The notes: generated by a model not told the origin, from the sequence alone. Shown: positions 39,018-49,212, counted from the stretch's first letter. The stretch: DNA of 64,000 nt from Candidatus Multivoradales bacterium (GCA_965248055.1 CBDFIJ010000004.1:2240001-2304000); one strand, 5' to 3'. Numbers and translations: made by a program.

Positions 39018-40610
39018 CTAGATCGCCTGACCGGGCTCCAAGAAGCTGGTGCAGGTGGCGCGGGCGTCGCTTTCTGGGTCGAGAGCGGCATGATCGCAAC
39101 GGCTGGTCACCGCGTCGCGTGCCGCAGAGATCACCTCTTGTCGTTCGGCGTCGCCCTCAGCCCACTCCAGCATTGCGGTGGACAAACGGGCCCAGCTGTG
39201 ACGGTTGCGGCCGGAAAAAGCTGAATCGTCGACCAAGTGCTCGTCGGCCAGTGCCAAGGAATCTCGACGCACCGACTCTAAGTTTTCTGGAGTGATTTCC
39301 ATCAGGGTGCGAATGAACCCGGCGCCGCGTTGCAGCCTTGTCGCTGGACCGGTCGCGGTGTCCCAACCCTTGCGGTACCACTTCATGGCTTCTTCGGTGT
39401 TCCCGGCGTCGTTTTCCAGCCAGCCAATCCAAGACATGTAGTAGTAAGGCGCTACCGCGTCATCAACCCGATTCTTGAGTAGTTCGATTGCTTCGCCTTT
39501 GAGGCCTGAATCGCGAAGCAAGTGAGCCATAGAGTTCATCACCGACTGGAGTTCGTTGGGGTTGGTGGTCCGATCGTTGCCCCATTGAACTTTCTCACGC
39601 ACCGCCTTCAGGAGTTCTTCGGGGAGCTCTTCTTCTTCCTTCGCGGCCAGTTGTGCAGCGCTGATGCGTGGCCGAAACGCTGCGATTCTCTCCGCGGTGG
39701 TCAGCGATTCATCCGCCTCGACCGTGGTTGCGACCTGTAGCCATTGCTGAATCAACTGATCGCGTTGTTCGCCTTCCTCTGTGAGCAGCGGAGCGACCGT
39801 GTCCAAGCCATAAGCGAACAACCACCAATTGCTGTTACGCAGGGCCGGGTCGTTGATCAAAGCGGTGGTCTCCGCCAGAAGCTGAGACCGTTCTTCCTCT
39901 TCGACCTGGACTTCCTCTTGAGCATCCAAGGTGTCGATATACAGGGCGAGAAAGCGGCTGCGTTCGAGTTGGTACTCGGTTGGTGTCTCGGACCATAGTC
40001 GGCGCGCTACTGCCAGATCCTCCTCGGAGGCATAGTCGAAGTCCGAGTCCTGGCCCCAGGAGTGATAGGCAAGCTGCCCGAGGTCGTTACGGTCGGCGTT
40101 GCCGGGACCGGTTTCCAGGACACTCGCGACCACTTCCTGGATTGGGCTGGTTGCCGCCAAGGCCAGATCCAGCACCTCGGTGTATTCTGCGATCGGCACA
40201 TCCGAGGACATGCGTAGAACTTCGTTGCCGTCCGGTTCCAGAATGATCACCGTGGGATAGCCATTGATGTCGAGCTTCTCGCCCCAAATTTGTGCCCGTT
40301 CAGTATCTCCGTCGAGGTAGACCGGGACGAACAGCTTGCTCTTGGCGACGAACTCCGGCTTGGTAAAGATCTTGTCCTTGAGATAGTGGCACGGTGGGCA
40401 CCAGACGGCGCCCCAATACAGGAACACAGGCTTGCGGGATTCTTTAGCGTAGGCGAACGCTTCCTCCACAGAGCCGTCGAACCAAGCGATCTGTTCCGCG
40501 CTAGCTTCGTCGTGCTCCGTCGTGGAATCAGAGACTCCTTGACAGCTGATAACAGCCAGGGACAAGGTCAAGAACAGCGCCGAAATGACGCGAGGTTGGG
40601 TCGAAAGCAT
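39018..40610 (-). CDS. Thioredoxin-family lipoprotein with helical/TPR-like C-terminus
   Basis: Lipobox VISC; YWGAVWCPPC; GYPT cis-Pro loop. Confidence 0.85.
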   Translation of the reverse strand: MLSTQPRVISALFLTLSLAVISCQGVSDSTTEHDEASAEQIAWFDGSVEEAFAYAKESRKPVFLYWGAVWCPPCHYLKDKIFTKPEFVAKSKLFVPVYLDGDTERAQIWGEKLDINGYPTVIILEPDGNEVLRMSSDVPIAEYTEVLDLALAATSPIQEVVASVLETGPGNADRNDLGQLAYHSWGQDSDFDYASEEDLAVARRLWSETPTEYQLERSRFLALYIDTLDAQEEVQVEEEERSQLLAETTALINDPALRNSNWWLFAYGLDTVAPLLTEEGEQRDQLIQQWLQVATTVEADESLTTAERIAAFRPRISAAQLAAKEEEELPEELLKAVREKVQWGNDRTTNPNELQSVMNSMAHLLRDSGLKGEAIELLKNRVDDAVAPYYYMSWIGWLENDAGNTEEAMKWYRKGWDTATGPATRLQRGAGFIRTLMEITPENLESVRRDSLALADEHLVDDSAFSGRNRHSWARLSTAMLEWAEGDAERQEVISAARDAVTSRCDHAALDPESDARATCTSFLEPGQAI

Positions 40611-40781
40611 GACGATCTCCGATAAGTCTGGTTTGTGGGCTGCCGGGATCGGAATCCTAGATCCCCCGCAGGGTACCCATTGTACGGAAATAGCGTTGCG
40701 ATGGCTTGCCCGAAGTTTGGCTCTAGCTATGAGTAGGAATAAGCTGGTGTGGCCGAAAACCACCGTGAACGGAGTAAGACT

Positions 40782-41101
40782 ATGATCTTTCGACAGATAG
40801 TTGACTCGCGTTTGGCCCAGTATGCGTATCTACCGAGATTGTGCTCTTGGCCGTTCGCGGCGCGGCTAAGCTCGCCACCGGTGATGTTCCGGACGCGGTT
40901 AACATAGCGCCATACTCGCCTTCTGGCACCCAGGATCAACGAAATCCCCCAGGCCGACCAGTTGGCGGTGCATTGCGAGATGGGAGGGAGAGAAAGCTGG
41001 CGGTGTCGTACTTGGAGCACAGCGGAATGACGCCAATTCTCATCACCGAGGTTTTTCCCCAGTGGTGGCATGAGCGAAAGAAAACTTCCTCGGCGGCATA
41101 G
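40782..41101 (+). pseudogene. MBL-fold hydrolase/rhodanese remnant
   Basis: MIFRQIVDSRLAQYAYL fused to a frameshifted rhodanese tail (VPDAVNIA/HTRLL...VHCEMGGR/AVSYLE). Confidence 0.65.
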
Positions 41102-41211
41102 CAGGATATCTGTGAAACCCCATGGGAATATCGTAAACTCGCTCGAGCCGATTTGGCCCAGGGTGAATTCTTGAAACAGAACCGAATCACCGACGGAAAC
41201 GAGGAGTGAAG

Positions 41212-41601
41212 ATGATGCACAAGGAAAATCCGCAACGAATGGCTTTAGCAGCAATGCTCGGTGTTCTGGTCTTAACCGTGGTCGCAGCTGCTTGCGGTGG
41301 CGGTGGCAGTTCAGCCTCTGGTGGTGGCGATCTCGCCGCTGGCAAGGCGCTATTTGGCAAAAACTGCGCCACCTGCCACGGCCTCAACGGAGAAGGTGTC
41401 CCCAACCTGGGTAAGGACATGCGCGGCAACCAATGGATCAAGGATCAATCTGACGCCGAGTTGGTTCAGTTCCTCACGGACGGTCGCAAGGGTTCGGATC
41501 CACTCAATGTCACCGGTATCGATATGCCGCCCAAGGGTGGCAACGCGAAGCTGACCGATGCAGATCTGGAGAAAATCGTCGAGTTCATGCGCACCTTGTA
41601 A
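41212..41601 (+). CDS. Monoheme cytochrome c lipoprotein
   Basis: Lipobox AAAC; CATCH; MPPKGG. Confidence 0.9.
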   Translation: MMHKENPQRMALAAMLGVLVLTVVAAACGGGGSSASGGGDLAAGKALFGKNCATCHGLNGEGVPNLGKDMRGNQWIKDQSDAELVQFLTDGRKGSDPLNVTGIDMPPKGGNAKLTDADLEKIVEFMRTL

Positions 41602-41611
41602 GGGCTGGACG

Positions 41612-41719
41612 ATGAGTGAACAGGAACACCGTCCCACTGGCGCATTGGTTTGGATCGCGCTGTACATGGTTCTTTTGGCGCTGGGTTGGCTCAACGTCTA
41701 TTTGAGACTTTGGTTCTAG
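41612..41719 (+). CDS. cbaD: Cytochrome ba3 oxidase subunit IIa (35 aa; below the ORF-track cutoff)
   Basis: MSEQEHRPTGALVWIALYMVLLALGWLNVYLRLWF; PxGAL...W..VY pattern and position before cbaB. Confidence 0.8.
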   Translation: MSEQEHRPTGALVWIALYMVLLALGWLNVYLRLWF

Positions 41720-41785
41720 CCCTGGAGAGTTTGCGACCCTGAGGGTGGCGGGCGGTAGCTGAGTTGCGTAAGGAGGGCATCAGCA

Positions 41786-42313
41786 TTGAAAAAACATACT
41801 CTTTTTGAACTGGCCTGGATCCTGCCGAGCTTGGCGCTGCCATTCGGTATCTTGGTGGCGATCTTGGTCACGGTGTTTGGCGTCGGCATGCACGTGCCCT
41901 CCGCCCACAGCCGAATCGATCCAAAACAAGCGGCAACTACAGCTCCGTTCGACCAGTTAGGCGTATTCAAAACCGGGTACATGACCTACGAGGCCCGCAT
42001 GCTGGCGCGCACTTGGTCCTTCGATCCAGCTGAAATACGGGTACCGGTTGGCTCTGAAGTGACCTTTGTGGTGACCAGCCTGGATTTGGTGCATGGGATG
42101 TTGATCGACGACCCCAACGTAAACGTAATGTTGATTCCCGGCGAGGTAGCGCGAGTAAAAGCGATCTTCGACAAAGCCGGCGAGTACCCAATTATTTGTC
42201 ACGAATACTGCGGCATCGCTCATCAAACGATGTGGGCGCGGGTGATTGTGGAACCCGCGGTCAATGCATCTTTGAACCTAGAAGAAGGAGTTGAGGGTCA
42301 TGCAGCACGCTGA
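41786..42313 (+). CDS. cbaB: Cytochrome ba3 oxidase subunit II (CuA)
   Basis: Single transmembrane helix; DLVHG and CHEYCGIAHQTM. Confidence 0.92.
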   Translation: MKKHTLFELAWILPSLALPFGILVAILVTVFGVGMHVPSAHSRIDPKQAATTAPFDQLGVFKTGYMTYEARMLARTWSFDPAEIRVPVGSEVTFVVTSLDLVHGMLIDDPNVNVMLIPGEVARVKAIFDKAGEYPIICHEYCGIAHQTMWARVIVEPAVNASLNLEEGVEGHAAR

Positions 42314-43940
42314 CACCGCGTCCGATCGTAAGCTCACCGGGGCCTTTATTGCGGTGAGCTTGGTGGCTCTGTTTGGTGGCATGACCACCGGGCTGTTTCA
42401 AGGCTTGGAGCACGCCGGAATCAACGTCTACGGCAGCCTCAAGCCGGTCGTTCAGTCTTACTACCACGGGCTGAGCATTCATGGCGTATTGAACGCCCTG
42501 GTGTTTACCACTTTCTTTATCTGCGGCTTTGTTCCCTTCGTCATGATGCGCGCCCTGGGTCGACCGTTGGCCAGCCGCAAGCTCGCCTGGGGCACTTTTT
42601 GGCTGATGACCGGCGGTTTGGTGATGGCGGCAGTTCCGTTGCTCGCCAATGCAGCTTCGGTGCTTTACACCATGTATCCGCCGATGCAGGCACATTGGGC
42701 GTTTTATCTAGGACTGACCTTGGTGGTGGTGGGGACTTGGCTGGTGACAGGTAACTTGACCATGACCTACCGGGGCTGGCGGCGAGATCATCCCGGGGAA
42801 AAATTGCCGCTACCTGCCTTCATGTGTGTGGCGACCTTTTTCATGTGGACCATCGCCTCGATGGGCCTGGCGACCGAGATGGTGACCATGCTGATCCCGT
42901 GGTCGATGGGTTTGGTCGAGAACACCGACGCGCTGACCGCGCGCATCTTGTTTTGGTTCACCGGTCACCCGATCGTCTACTTCTGGTTGTTGCCGGCATA
43001 CATTTCTTGGTACGCCATGGTGCCCAAGCAGGCCGGAGGCAAGCTGTTTAGTGACCCGATGGCGCGGATCGCGTTTATCCTGTTCTTGCTGCTATCGACC
43101 CCCACCGGTTTTCATCATCAGTTCACCGACCCCGGCATCCACGAGGGTTTCAAACTGGTGCATATGATCTTTACTTTTGGAGTGTTTTTTCCCAGCTTGT
43201 TGACCTTCTTTAACGTCGTCGCTTCGCTGGAACTGGCCGGCAAGAATCGGGGCGGGCGGGGCATCTTTGGTTGGTTCTTCAAACTCCCCTGGAGCGACCC
43301 GTCTGTGGCTGCCCAGGTGTTGGCGATGGTGGTGTTTGTCTTTGGAGGTATCGGGGGTTTGATCAACGCCTCGATGAATCTGAACTTGATTGTTCACAAC
43401 ACCGCCTGGATTCCCGGTCACCTCCACCTGACCGTGGGAACGGCTTCGGCGCTTACTTTCATAGGCATTTGTTACTGGCTGGTGCCACTACTCAAAGGAC
43501 GGGCTCTTTGGAGCAAGCGTATGGCGCAGGTACAGGTGTGGAGCTGGTTGGTCGGCATGGTGGTGTTCTCCAACGCCTTGCATCGCTTGGGCCTAATGGG
43601 CGCCCCTCGAAGAACCCCACTCGGCTCGGTTGCCTACGCCCAACCGGAGTGGTCTTCCGCCCTGCCGTTGGTGGGAATTGGTGGCACTGTGCTGTTCCTC
43701 AGTGGGCTGCTGTTTTTCCTCAACATGTTGGCGACCATCTGGGTTTCCAAGCGTGAGGTCGAGATCGAGGTGCCTTTTGCGGAAGCCATCGCCGATTCGT
43801 CCGAAGCCCTGGCAATTCTTGAGCGTTGGGGAATCTGGGTGACCTCTGCCGTGGTCTTGGTGCTGCTCGCCTATGGTCCACCTTTGATGGGGATTTTGTC
43901 GAGACTCGAACTTCAGTCGCCAGGCTTCAAGGTTTGGTAG
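42300..43940 (+). CDS. cbaA: B-family heme-copper oxidase (ba3) subunit I
   Basis: HGVLNA, WFTGHPIVYFW, HHQF and GHLHLTVG motifs. Confidence 0.93.
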   Translation: MQHADTASDRKLTGAFIAVSLVALFGGMTTGLFQGLEHAGINVYGSLKPVVQSYYHGLSIHGVLNALVFTTFFICGFVPFVMMRALGRPLASRKLAWGTFWLMTGGLVMAAVPLLANAASVLYTMYPPMQAHWAFYLGLTLVVVGTWLVTGNLTMTYRGWRRDHPGEKLPLPAFMCVATFFMWTIASMGLATEMVTMLIPWSMGLVENTDALTARILFWFTGHPIVYFWLLPAYISWYAMVPKQAGGKLFSDPMARIAFILFLLLSTPTGFHHQFTDPGIHEGFKLVHMIFTFGVFFPSLLTFFNVVASLELAGKNRGGRGIFGWFFKLPWSDPSVAAQVLAMVVFVFGGIGGLINASMNLNLIVHNTAWIPGHLHLTVGTASALTFIGICYWLVPLLKGRALWSKRMAQVQVWSWLVGMVVFSNALHRLGLMGAPRRTPLGSVAYAQPEWSSALPLVGIGGTVLFLSGLLFFLNMLATIWVSKREVEIEVPFAEAIADSSEALAILERWGIWVTSAVVLVLLAYGPPLMGILSRLELQSPGFKVW

Positions 43941-44124
43941 TGATCCGGGCTCTAGCAGATTGAAACGTCGTAGCCCGGGTCTCAGTGGCTCGGACTTGTA
44001 AGAAAAACTGACTCGGGAGGTCGTATGAATAGCTTTATCCAAGGGCGTCGTTTGAGGCTTAGGTATTGCCTTGTAGTGACACTTCGGAACCTGTCAACAA
44101 CTTTGAGACAGTTGGCAGAATTAA

Positions 44125-45138
44125 TTAGTGAATCGGGACAACCTCCTTGGTGCGCTGATGTTTGGGTGGGTTGATCCAGACGGCCCTCGGTAATAGCTGA
44201 ACGGTCGGTCTTCCACGGACAAATCGCTGTGGGTTGTTTCGCCAAGCTTGGTCAAGGGCCAGTTGACGGATCTTGAGCTTGTGGTCGGCCTTGCCGCAGT
44301 GGACATCTTCGGGTGTCAGCATGGCGATGCCGGCGTGCCGGTGCTGGGTGTTGTACCAGCGGAAAAACGAGCGGCAGAAGGCGATCGCGTCCTCGATTGA
44401 GCCGAACCGATCCGGAAAGCTCGGGTGATACTTGAGGGTCTTGAATTGTGCTTCGGAGAAGGGGTTATCGTTGGAGATGCGAGGCCGCGAGAACGACTGA
44501 GAGATACCAAGCCGTACGAGGAGTCGTCCGGTGTCCTTGGCGGTCATCGGCGAGCCCCGATCACTGTGTAGGGTTAGCTGATTCTTGGGAATGCCTTGCT
44601 TGGTTGAGGTCTCCTCGAGAAGCCTTTGGGCTAAGGCCTCGCGTTCGTGCTCGGCGAGCATCCAGCCGACCACATAGCGGCTGAAGATATCGAGGACAAC
44701 GTAGAGATAGAACCACCATCCCGGCTGCGGACCTCGCAGCCGGGTGATATCCCAGCTCCAGACTTGGTTTGCCGCTGTGGCGAGTAGCTCTGGCTTGGTA
44801 TAGACCGGATGGCGGCGTTGGCGCCGTCTCTCCTGCAGCGTCTTCTCAGCTGCCAGGAGTCGGTACATGGTGCGCTCCGAGCACAGATAGCGTTCTTCGT
44901 CGAGAAGGGTGGCCACCACGGCCGCCGGTGCAGCGTCGACAAAGCGCGGCCCGTTGAGTAGGTCAAGGACCTGTTGTTTTTCGCTGACTGTCAGTGCCCG
45001 AGCTGGAGTCGGTCGAGGCTGCTGAGGCTCGGTTGATCTCGGCCGAAGCCGACGATAGAACGTTGCACGACTGACGCTCAGGCTCCGGCAGGCCGGTGCG
45101 ATACCGACCCACGGAGCCAGCGTCCTGGCCGCTTTCAC
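44125..45138 (-). CDS. IS3 OrfB DDE transposase
   Basis: WSWDIT, LHSDRG and DNPFSEAQFKTLK motifs. Confidence 0.92.
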   Translation of the reverse strand: MKAARTLAPWVGIAPACRSLSVSRATFYRRLRPRSTEPQQPRPTPARALTVSEKQQVLDLLNGPRFVDAAPAAVVATLLDEERYLCSERTMYRLLAAEKTLQERRRQRRHPVYTKPELLATAANQVWSWDITRLRGPQPGWWFYLYVVLDIFSRYVVGWMLAEHEREALAQRLLEETSTKQGIPKNQLTLHSDRGSPMTAKDTGRLLVRLGISQSFSRPRISNDNPFSEAQFKTLKYHPSFPDRFGSIEDAIAFCRSFFRWYNTQHRHAGIAMLTPEDVHCGKADHKLKIRQLALDQAWRNNPQRFVRGRPTVQLLPRAVWINPPKHQRTKEVVPIH

Positions 45139-45614
45139 GAGTTCTTCTCGCCCTCTGAGGGGATACCCAGCAGCCCGGCTACTTTTCTTTGCACATCGAT
45201 GATCAGCTGTGCCTTGTGCAATTCGTTCTCAAGCCGAGTCTTCTCCCGCTCTAGTCGAGCAACCTTGCTTTCCAACGGGTGCCTTTTGGGTTTGCGTCCA
45301 CGGCTTTTGCCGAGCGCGGCAAGCGATCCCCGTCGCCGAGCTAGGCGCCAGTTAGATAGATGAGATGAGTAGAGACCCTCCCGGCGCAACAGGGACCCGA
45401 CCTCCTCTCGGCTGGAGCAAGCGTCGGCCTGCTCCAAGATCGCCAGCTTGTACTTTGCCGTAAACCGCCGTCTGGCGGGTCGAGCCTCGATCTCAGGGTC
45501 GGGTACCGATTCGGGGGTCGAGGACAAATGCGCCGTCTCCCCTCCGGCTCCCTCGTCGCTACGCTCCTCGGTCGCCTTCGGCGAGACGGGCAATATGGGC
45601 TGATTCTGAAACAT
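45135..45614 (-). CDS. IS3 OrfA
   Basis: GGAGG RBS; RRRFTAKYKLAIL...LLRREGLYSSHL. Confidence 0.9.
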   Translation of the reverse strand: MFQNQPILPVSPKATEERSDEGAGGETAHLSSTPESVPDPEIEARPARRRFTAKYKLAILEQADACSSREEVGSLLRREGLYSSHLSNWRLARRRGSLAALGKSRGRKPKRHPLESKVARLEREKTRLENELHKAQLIIDVQRKVAGLLGIPSEGEKNS

Positions 45615-47880
45615 ACTGAAACCTCCTTCCGCCCTCTAATTATCAGGGGGCCAAGTGTCTCAGCTACGTTGGCAGATAGGGCTTGGTGGCGCCGTTGCAC
45701 TGTCGGCAGCCGATCAACAGGGCGTAGAAGTTGAAGATGAGTCGTCGGAAACCAAAGCGGAATTTCGCCAATCGATTTCCGTTTCCGCCAATCACCCGGA
45801 TACACCGTCTGAAGTTGTCAAAACCAGCGATGAGATCGAAACTTGGGGCGGCGAAGATCTTGGAGCCTTGTTGCGACGCCAGCCAGGGATGGAAGCAGTC
45901 CGGCGCGGTGCCATTGGGATGGATCCGCAGGTGAGAGGACTGCGCGAGGGGCAGCTTGCGATCTTCGTTGACGGTACCCGTACTTTTTCGGCTGCGCCTG
46001 GGCGTATGGACTCCGCGCTGGCACACATCAGTCCGCGAGCTGTTGAGAAGCTCACTGTGGTCAAAGGACCATACGCCTTGGAATGGGGTGCTGGGGCGAT
46101 GGCGGCGATCTACCTCGATACCCACCGCGGGGTCTTTGCCGACTCCTTACTGCAGCCATTGGGGAGAGTTGGCGTCGACTATGGCAGCAATGGCAACCCC
46201 CATGACGCCTACGTGAGCTTGTCATCCGGAGGACCACAGGTGCGTTGGAATGGGTTCGCGCAGACGCGTGCTGGTGACGACTATGAAGATGGAAGCGGAG
46301 CCAAGATTCCTGGGGACTACCAATCCACAGATCTGCGTTGGAATGTTGATGCCATGATCAACGAGAGTTGGCAACTCGGCTACGCCGGCGGCCGGCAGAG
46401 CCAAGACGACATCGACTACCCTGGGCGGCTTCTGGATGCCACGTATTTCGACACCCGCTCGCACGACCTAACCCTGACAGGCAGTTCTCGGTTAGTGGAC
46501 GCCATACAGTTTCAGGTTTACAGCAACGACAAGAGCCATGCGATGAACAATGCAGCGAAACCCACGGCTCGTCCAATGGCGGGGCGGACGCCTCCGTTCG
46601 CGATCCAGGTCGACTTGCCGGCGTCTTCCGACACCAGTGGTGGAAGAGCGATGGTGACGTGGGGTTTCGGCGATTGGTCGTTGACTACCGGCGTCGATCA
46701 CTACACCCTAGTGCAAAACGCGACTCGCACCATCAGCCGACGCGACACAGGAATGGTGATGTTTGACGATATGGTTTGGCCCGATGTCCAGACACAAGAT
46801 ACCGGGGCCTACGCCAGAGCGACCTACCGTGGAGACCGGTGGACGATGGGTAGCACTATCCGGATGGACAAAGCGTCCACAGCCATGCGGGGCGAGTCCG
46901 TGTTGTTTTCTGAATTGCCTGCTGAGTTGGGCGGGCGAGATGACAGTCTGATCGCCGTGGCGGTGAGTGGGCGTCGTCAATTGGGTAGTGAATGGGCGAT
47001 CGTTGGCGGTCTTGGTGCGGTTGAGCGATTACCGAGTGCTTTGGAGCGCTACGCGGACCGGTTTCCTGCCACGCGCTTTCAAGTGGCAGCGGAGTTCGTC
47101 GGTGACCCACAGCTAGCTCCAGAGAGGTCTCAGCAATTGGACCTCGGTATTGAGTATCGGGGAGCAAAGCTGGATGGTTCGATTAGCGTCTTTCACCGAG
47201 TAGTTGATGACTACATCACCGTATTGCCGGATAGCACCATTCCGCGCCGTCTCCCGATGAGTCCGAGCCAAGTCTTCCGCTACCGAAACGGTTCCGAGGC
47301 AACTTTCAGCGGTGCCGAACTGCAGGCTCGCCGTCAGACCGGGGTCAAGGTTGAGCTGTGGGGCAATCTTTCATGGTTGCAGGGAACAGACGAAGAATTT
47401 GGCGACCCAGCCTTCGGAGTGCCACCACTACGTGCCTGGATAGGAGGGCTACTGCACGCCACCGCCTCTCTCGACATTGAACTGGCCTGGACTCTTGAGC
47501 ACCGTCAAGATCGGGTGGCTACCAGCCGTTTCGAGAAGCCCACTCCGGGATACGGTCGTGGTGACCTGTCATTCGCATGGCAACGCTCCGATTGGCACTT
47601 CAAGCTGGTGGTCGAGAATCTTAACGACAAGGCATTCGTCCGCCATCTCAACGCCGCCAACCCCTTCACTGGCTTAAGCGTCTCAGAACGGGGGCACAGC
47701 GTTCGCGGCGCGGTGGAATGGAGGTTCTAGTTTGGTAGGGACACAGTGGAGTCTTGGTTTCCGTGATTGGTCGCCAGATATTTGGCAGAAGTGACACCGA
47801 GCTGGCTTGGTAGAAAAGAAATGTATAGCTTGGGAGTCACTCGGGCTCGGGCCTTAGACTCTTCGCAACCCATCGTTACG

Positions 47881-48450
47881 ATGAACCCGATTCGTCTCAC
47901 GGCCATCGTCTTGTTGCTCACCGTAGTTGCTGCCTGCCAGTCTGTACCCAAGAGTTCTTCCAAGGATGGCAGCCCGGAGGCCAGTATGAGCGGTTTCTCG
48001 TGGGTAATTACCGATCAACTGGCCGCGATGCCCGCGCCCGGTGGTTCTCGCGACCTTGCTGAAGATCTCGACTACATTGCCGGGCAGGGAATCAGCACCT
48101 TAGTCTCGTTGACTGAGGAGTCAATTGACATGGATCGACTGGATAGGCACGACTTGATTGGATATCACATTCCAGTCAAAGACTACACGGCTCCGACCCT
48201 GCTACAGATGCATGAGTTCGTGAAAATAGTGAGCCTTGTTGTTGCTCGCGGTGAACGTGCGGCGGTACATTGCACGGCTGGACTAGGCCGATCGGGCACA
48301 ATGGTAGCGGCGTATTTCGTCAATCGAGGTCTTGAGGCGAACGACGCTATAGCCAAGATACGCAGGCTCCGCCCTGATTCGATCGAGACTGCCGGTCAAG
48401 AGCAGGCTGTTCGCGACTACATGCAATTTCTGAAAGAAAAAGACGATTAG
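47881..48450 (+). CDS. Dual-specificity protein phosphatase-family lipoprotein
   Basis: HCTAGLGRSG active-site loop; lipobox VAAC. Confidence 0.85.
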   Translation: MNPIRLTAIVLLLTVVAACQSVPKSSSKDGSPEASMSGFSWVITDQLAAMPAPGGSRDLAEDLDYIAGQGISTLVSLTEESIDMDRLDRHDLIGYHIPVKDYTAPTLLQMHEFVKIVSLVVARGERAAVHCTAGLGRSGTMVAAYFVNRGLEANDAIAKIRRLRPDSIETAGQEQAVRDYMQFLKEKDD

Positions 48451-48460
48451 GCGACATAGA

Positions 48461-48476
48461 GGACACAATTGTGTCC
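48461..48476. repeat. REP-like palindrome
   Basis: GGACACAATTGTGTCC. Confidence 0.65.
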
Positions 48477-48483
48477 CGCTTGG

Positions 48484-48876
48484 TTATCCGATCCGCGTTC
48501 TCATCCATTCGGTCAGTTTAATTTTTCCGATCTGGCCTGCTGCGACGGCCAGGGTAGTTTGTTCCAGTGACTCGGGCGGCGGTAGTTTCTCGGTTTCATT
48601 GATGCTCAAGAACACCAAAGTCGCCAAAACCGCGGTGCGTTTGTTGCCGTCGATAAACGCATGGTTTTGCGCGATGTGAAAAAGATAGGCTGCCGCCATC
48701 GCTGGCAGATCAGGATGTAAATACTGGCCGTCGAATTGTTGCTGTGGCATGAGTACCGCCGACTCCAATAGGCCGACATCGCGAAGACCACCCAAACCGC
48801 CTTCGACAGCGGTGGTGTTTTCGTGGATCGCCAGAACGTTGTTGACGCTGAGGAATTGTAGGTCCACCAAACCCAC
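48484..48876 (-). CDS. doc: Doc (death-on-curing) family toxin
   Basis: GLRDVGLLESA and HAFIDGNKRTA. Confidence 0.92.
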   Translation of the reverse strand: MGLVDLQFLSVNNVLAIHENTTAVEGGLGGLRDVGLLESAVLMPQQQFDGQYLHPDLPAMAAAYLFHIAQNHAFIDGNKRTAVLATLVFLSINETEKLPPPESLEQTTLAVAAGQIGKIKLTEWMRTRIG

Positions 48877-48906
48877 CTATCTCACCCACTTTTCTCTGGG
48901 GCCATT

Positions 48907-49134
48907 TCACTGAGCCAAGCGTTGGAGCATGTCCCCATAGGTCGGGCGTAGTTGGTCGATCACCTCATCGACCTTGTCTTTTCCCACCCCGACATGGATT
49001 GGCGTAACAACCAGTGAGTTTCCATGCACGGTGATCTGAAGTTGAGTATCACTGTCGATTCCCAAAGCCTCCATCAACGGTTTTTCAATGACCAGGGCTT
49101 GGCTGTTTCCGTGTTTCTTAAGAGTCTTGACCAT
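48907..49134 (-). CDS. AbrB/MazE-type antitoxin
   Basis: KHGNSQALVI swapped-hairpin motif; ends YGDMLQRLA; lies upstream of doc. Confidence 0.88.
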   Translation of the reverse strand: MVKTLKKHGNSQALVIEKPLMEALGIDSDTQLQITVHGNSLVVTPIHVGVGKDKVDEVIDQLRPTYGDMLQRLAQ

Positions 49135-49162
49135 AGCGGCACCTCAGGATGACGAAGATCAA

Positions 49163-49172
49163 TGTTATAACA
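49163..49172. promoter_or_regulatory. Candidate TA autoregulatory operator
   Basis: Palindrome TGTTATAACA just upstream of the antitoxin. Confidence 0.55.
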
Positions 49173-49212
49173 AAGTTAGAACGCGATGTAAATAAGGCGT
49201 TGTGCCCCAGTG

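Larger units (their letters stand above)
44085..45681 (-). mobile_element. Complete IS3-family element with 3-bp CTT target duplication
   Basis: CTT at 44082-44084 and 45682-45684; IRs at 44092-44111 and 45655-45674. Confidence 0.92.
44025..47730 (+). pseudogene. OprC-like TonB-dependent receptor interrupted by IS3 in its signal peptide
   Basis: GGAGG-ATG 44025 MNSFIQGRRLRLRYCLVVTL rejoins in frame with GGAVALSA at 45685; DPQVRGL..RMDS plug; C-terminal WRF. Confidence 0.85.

Noticed and set aside
42300-43940. B-family-derived nitric oxide reductase
   Set aside because: It retains the cross-linking Tyr in HPIVY and has a cbaD/cbaB context.
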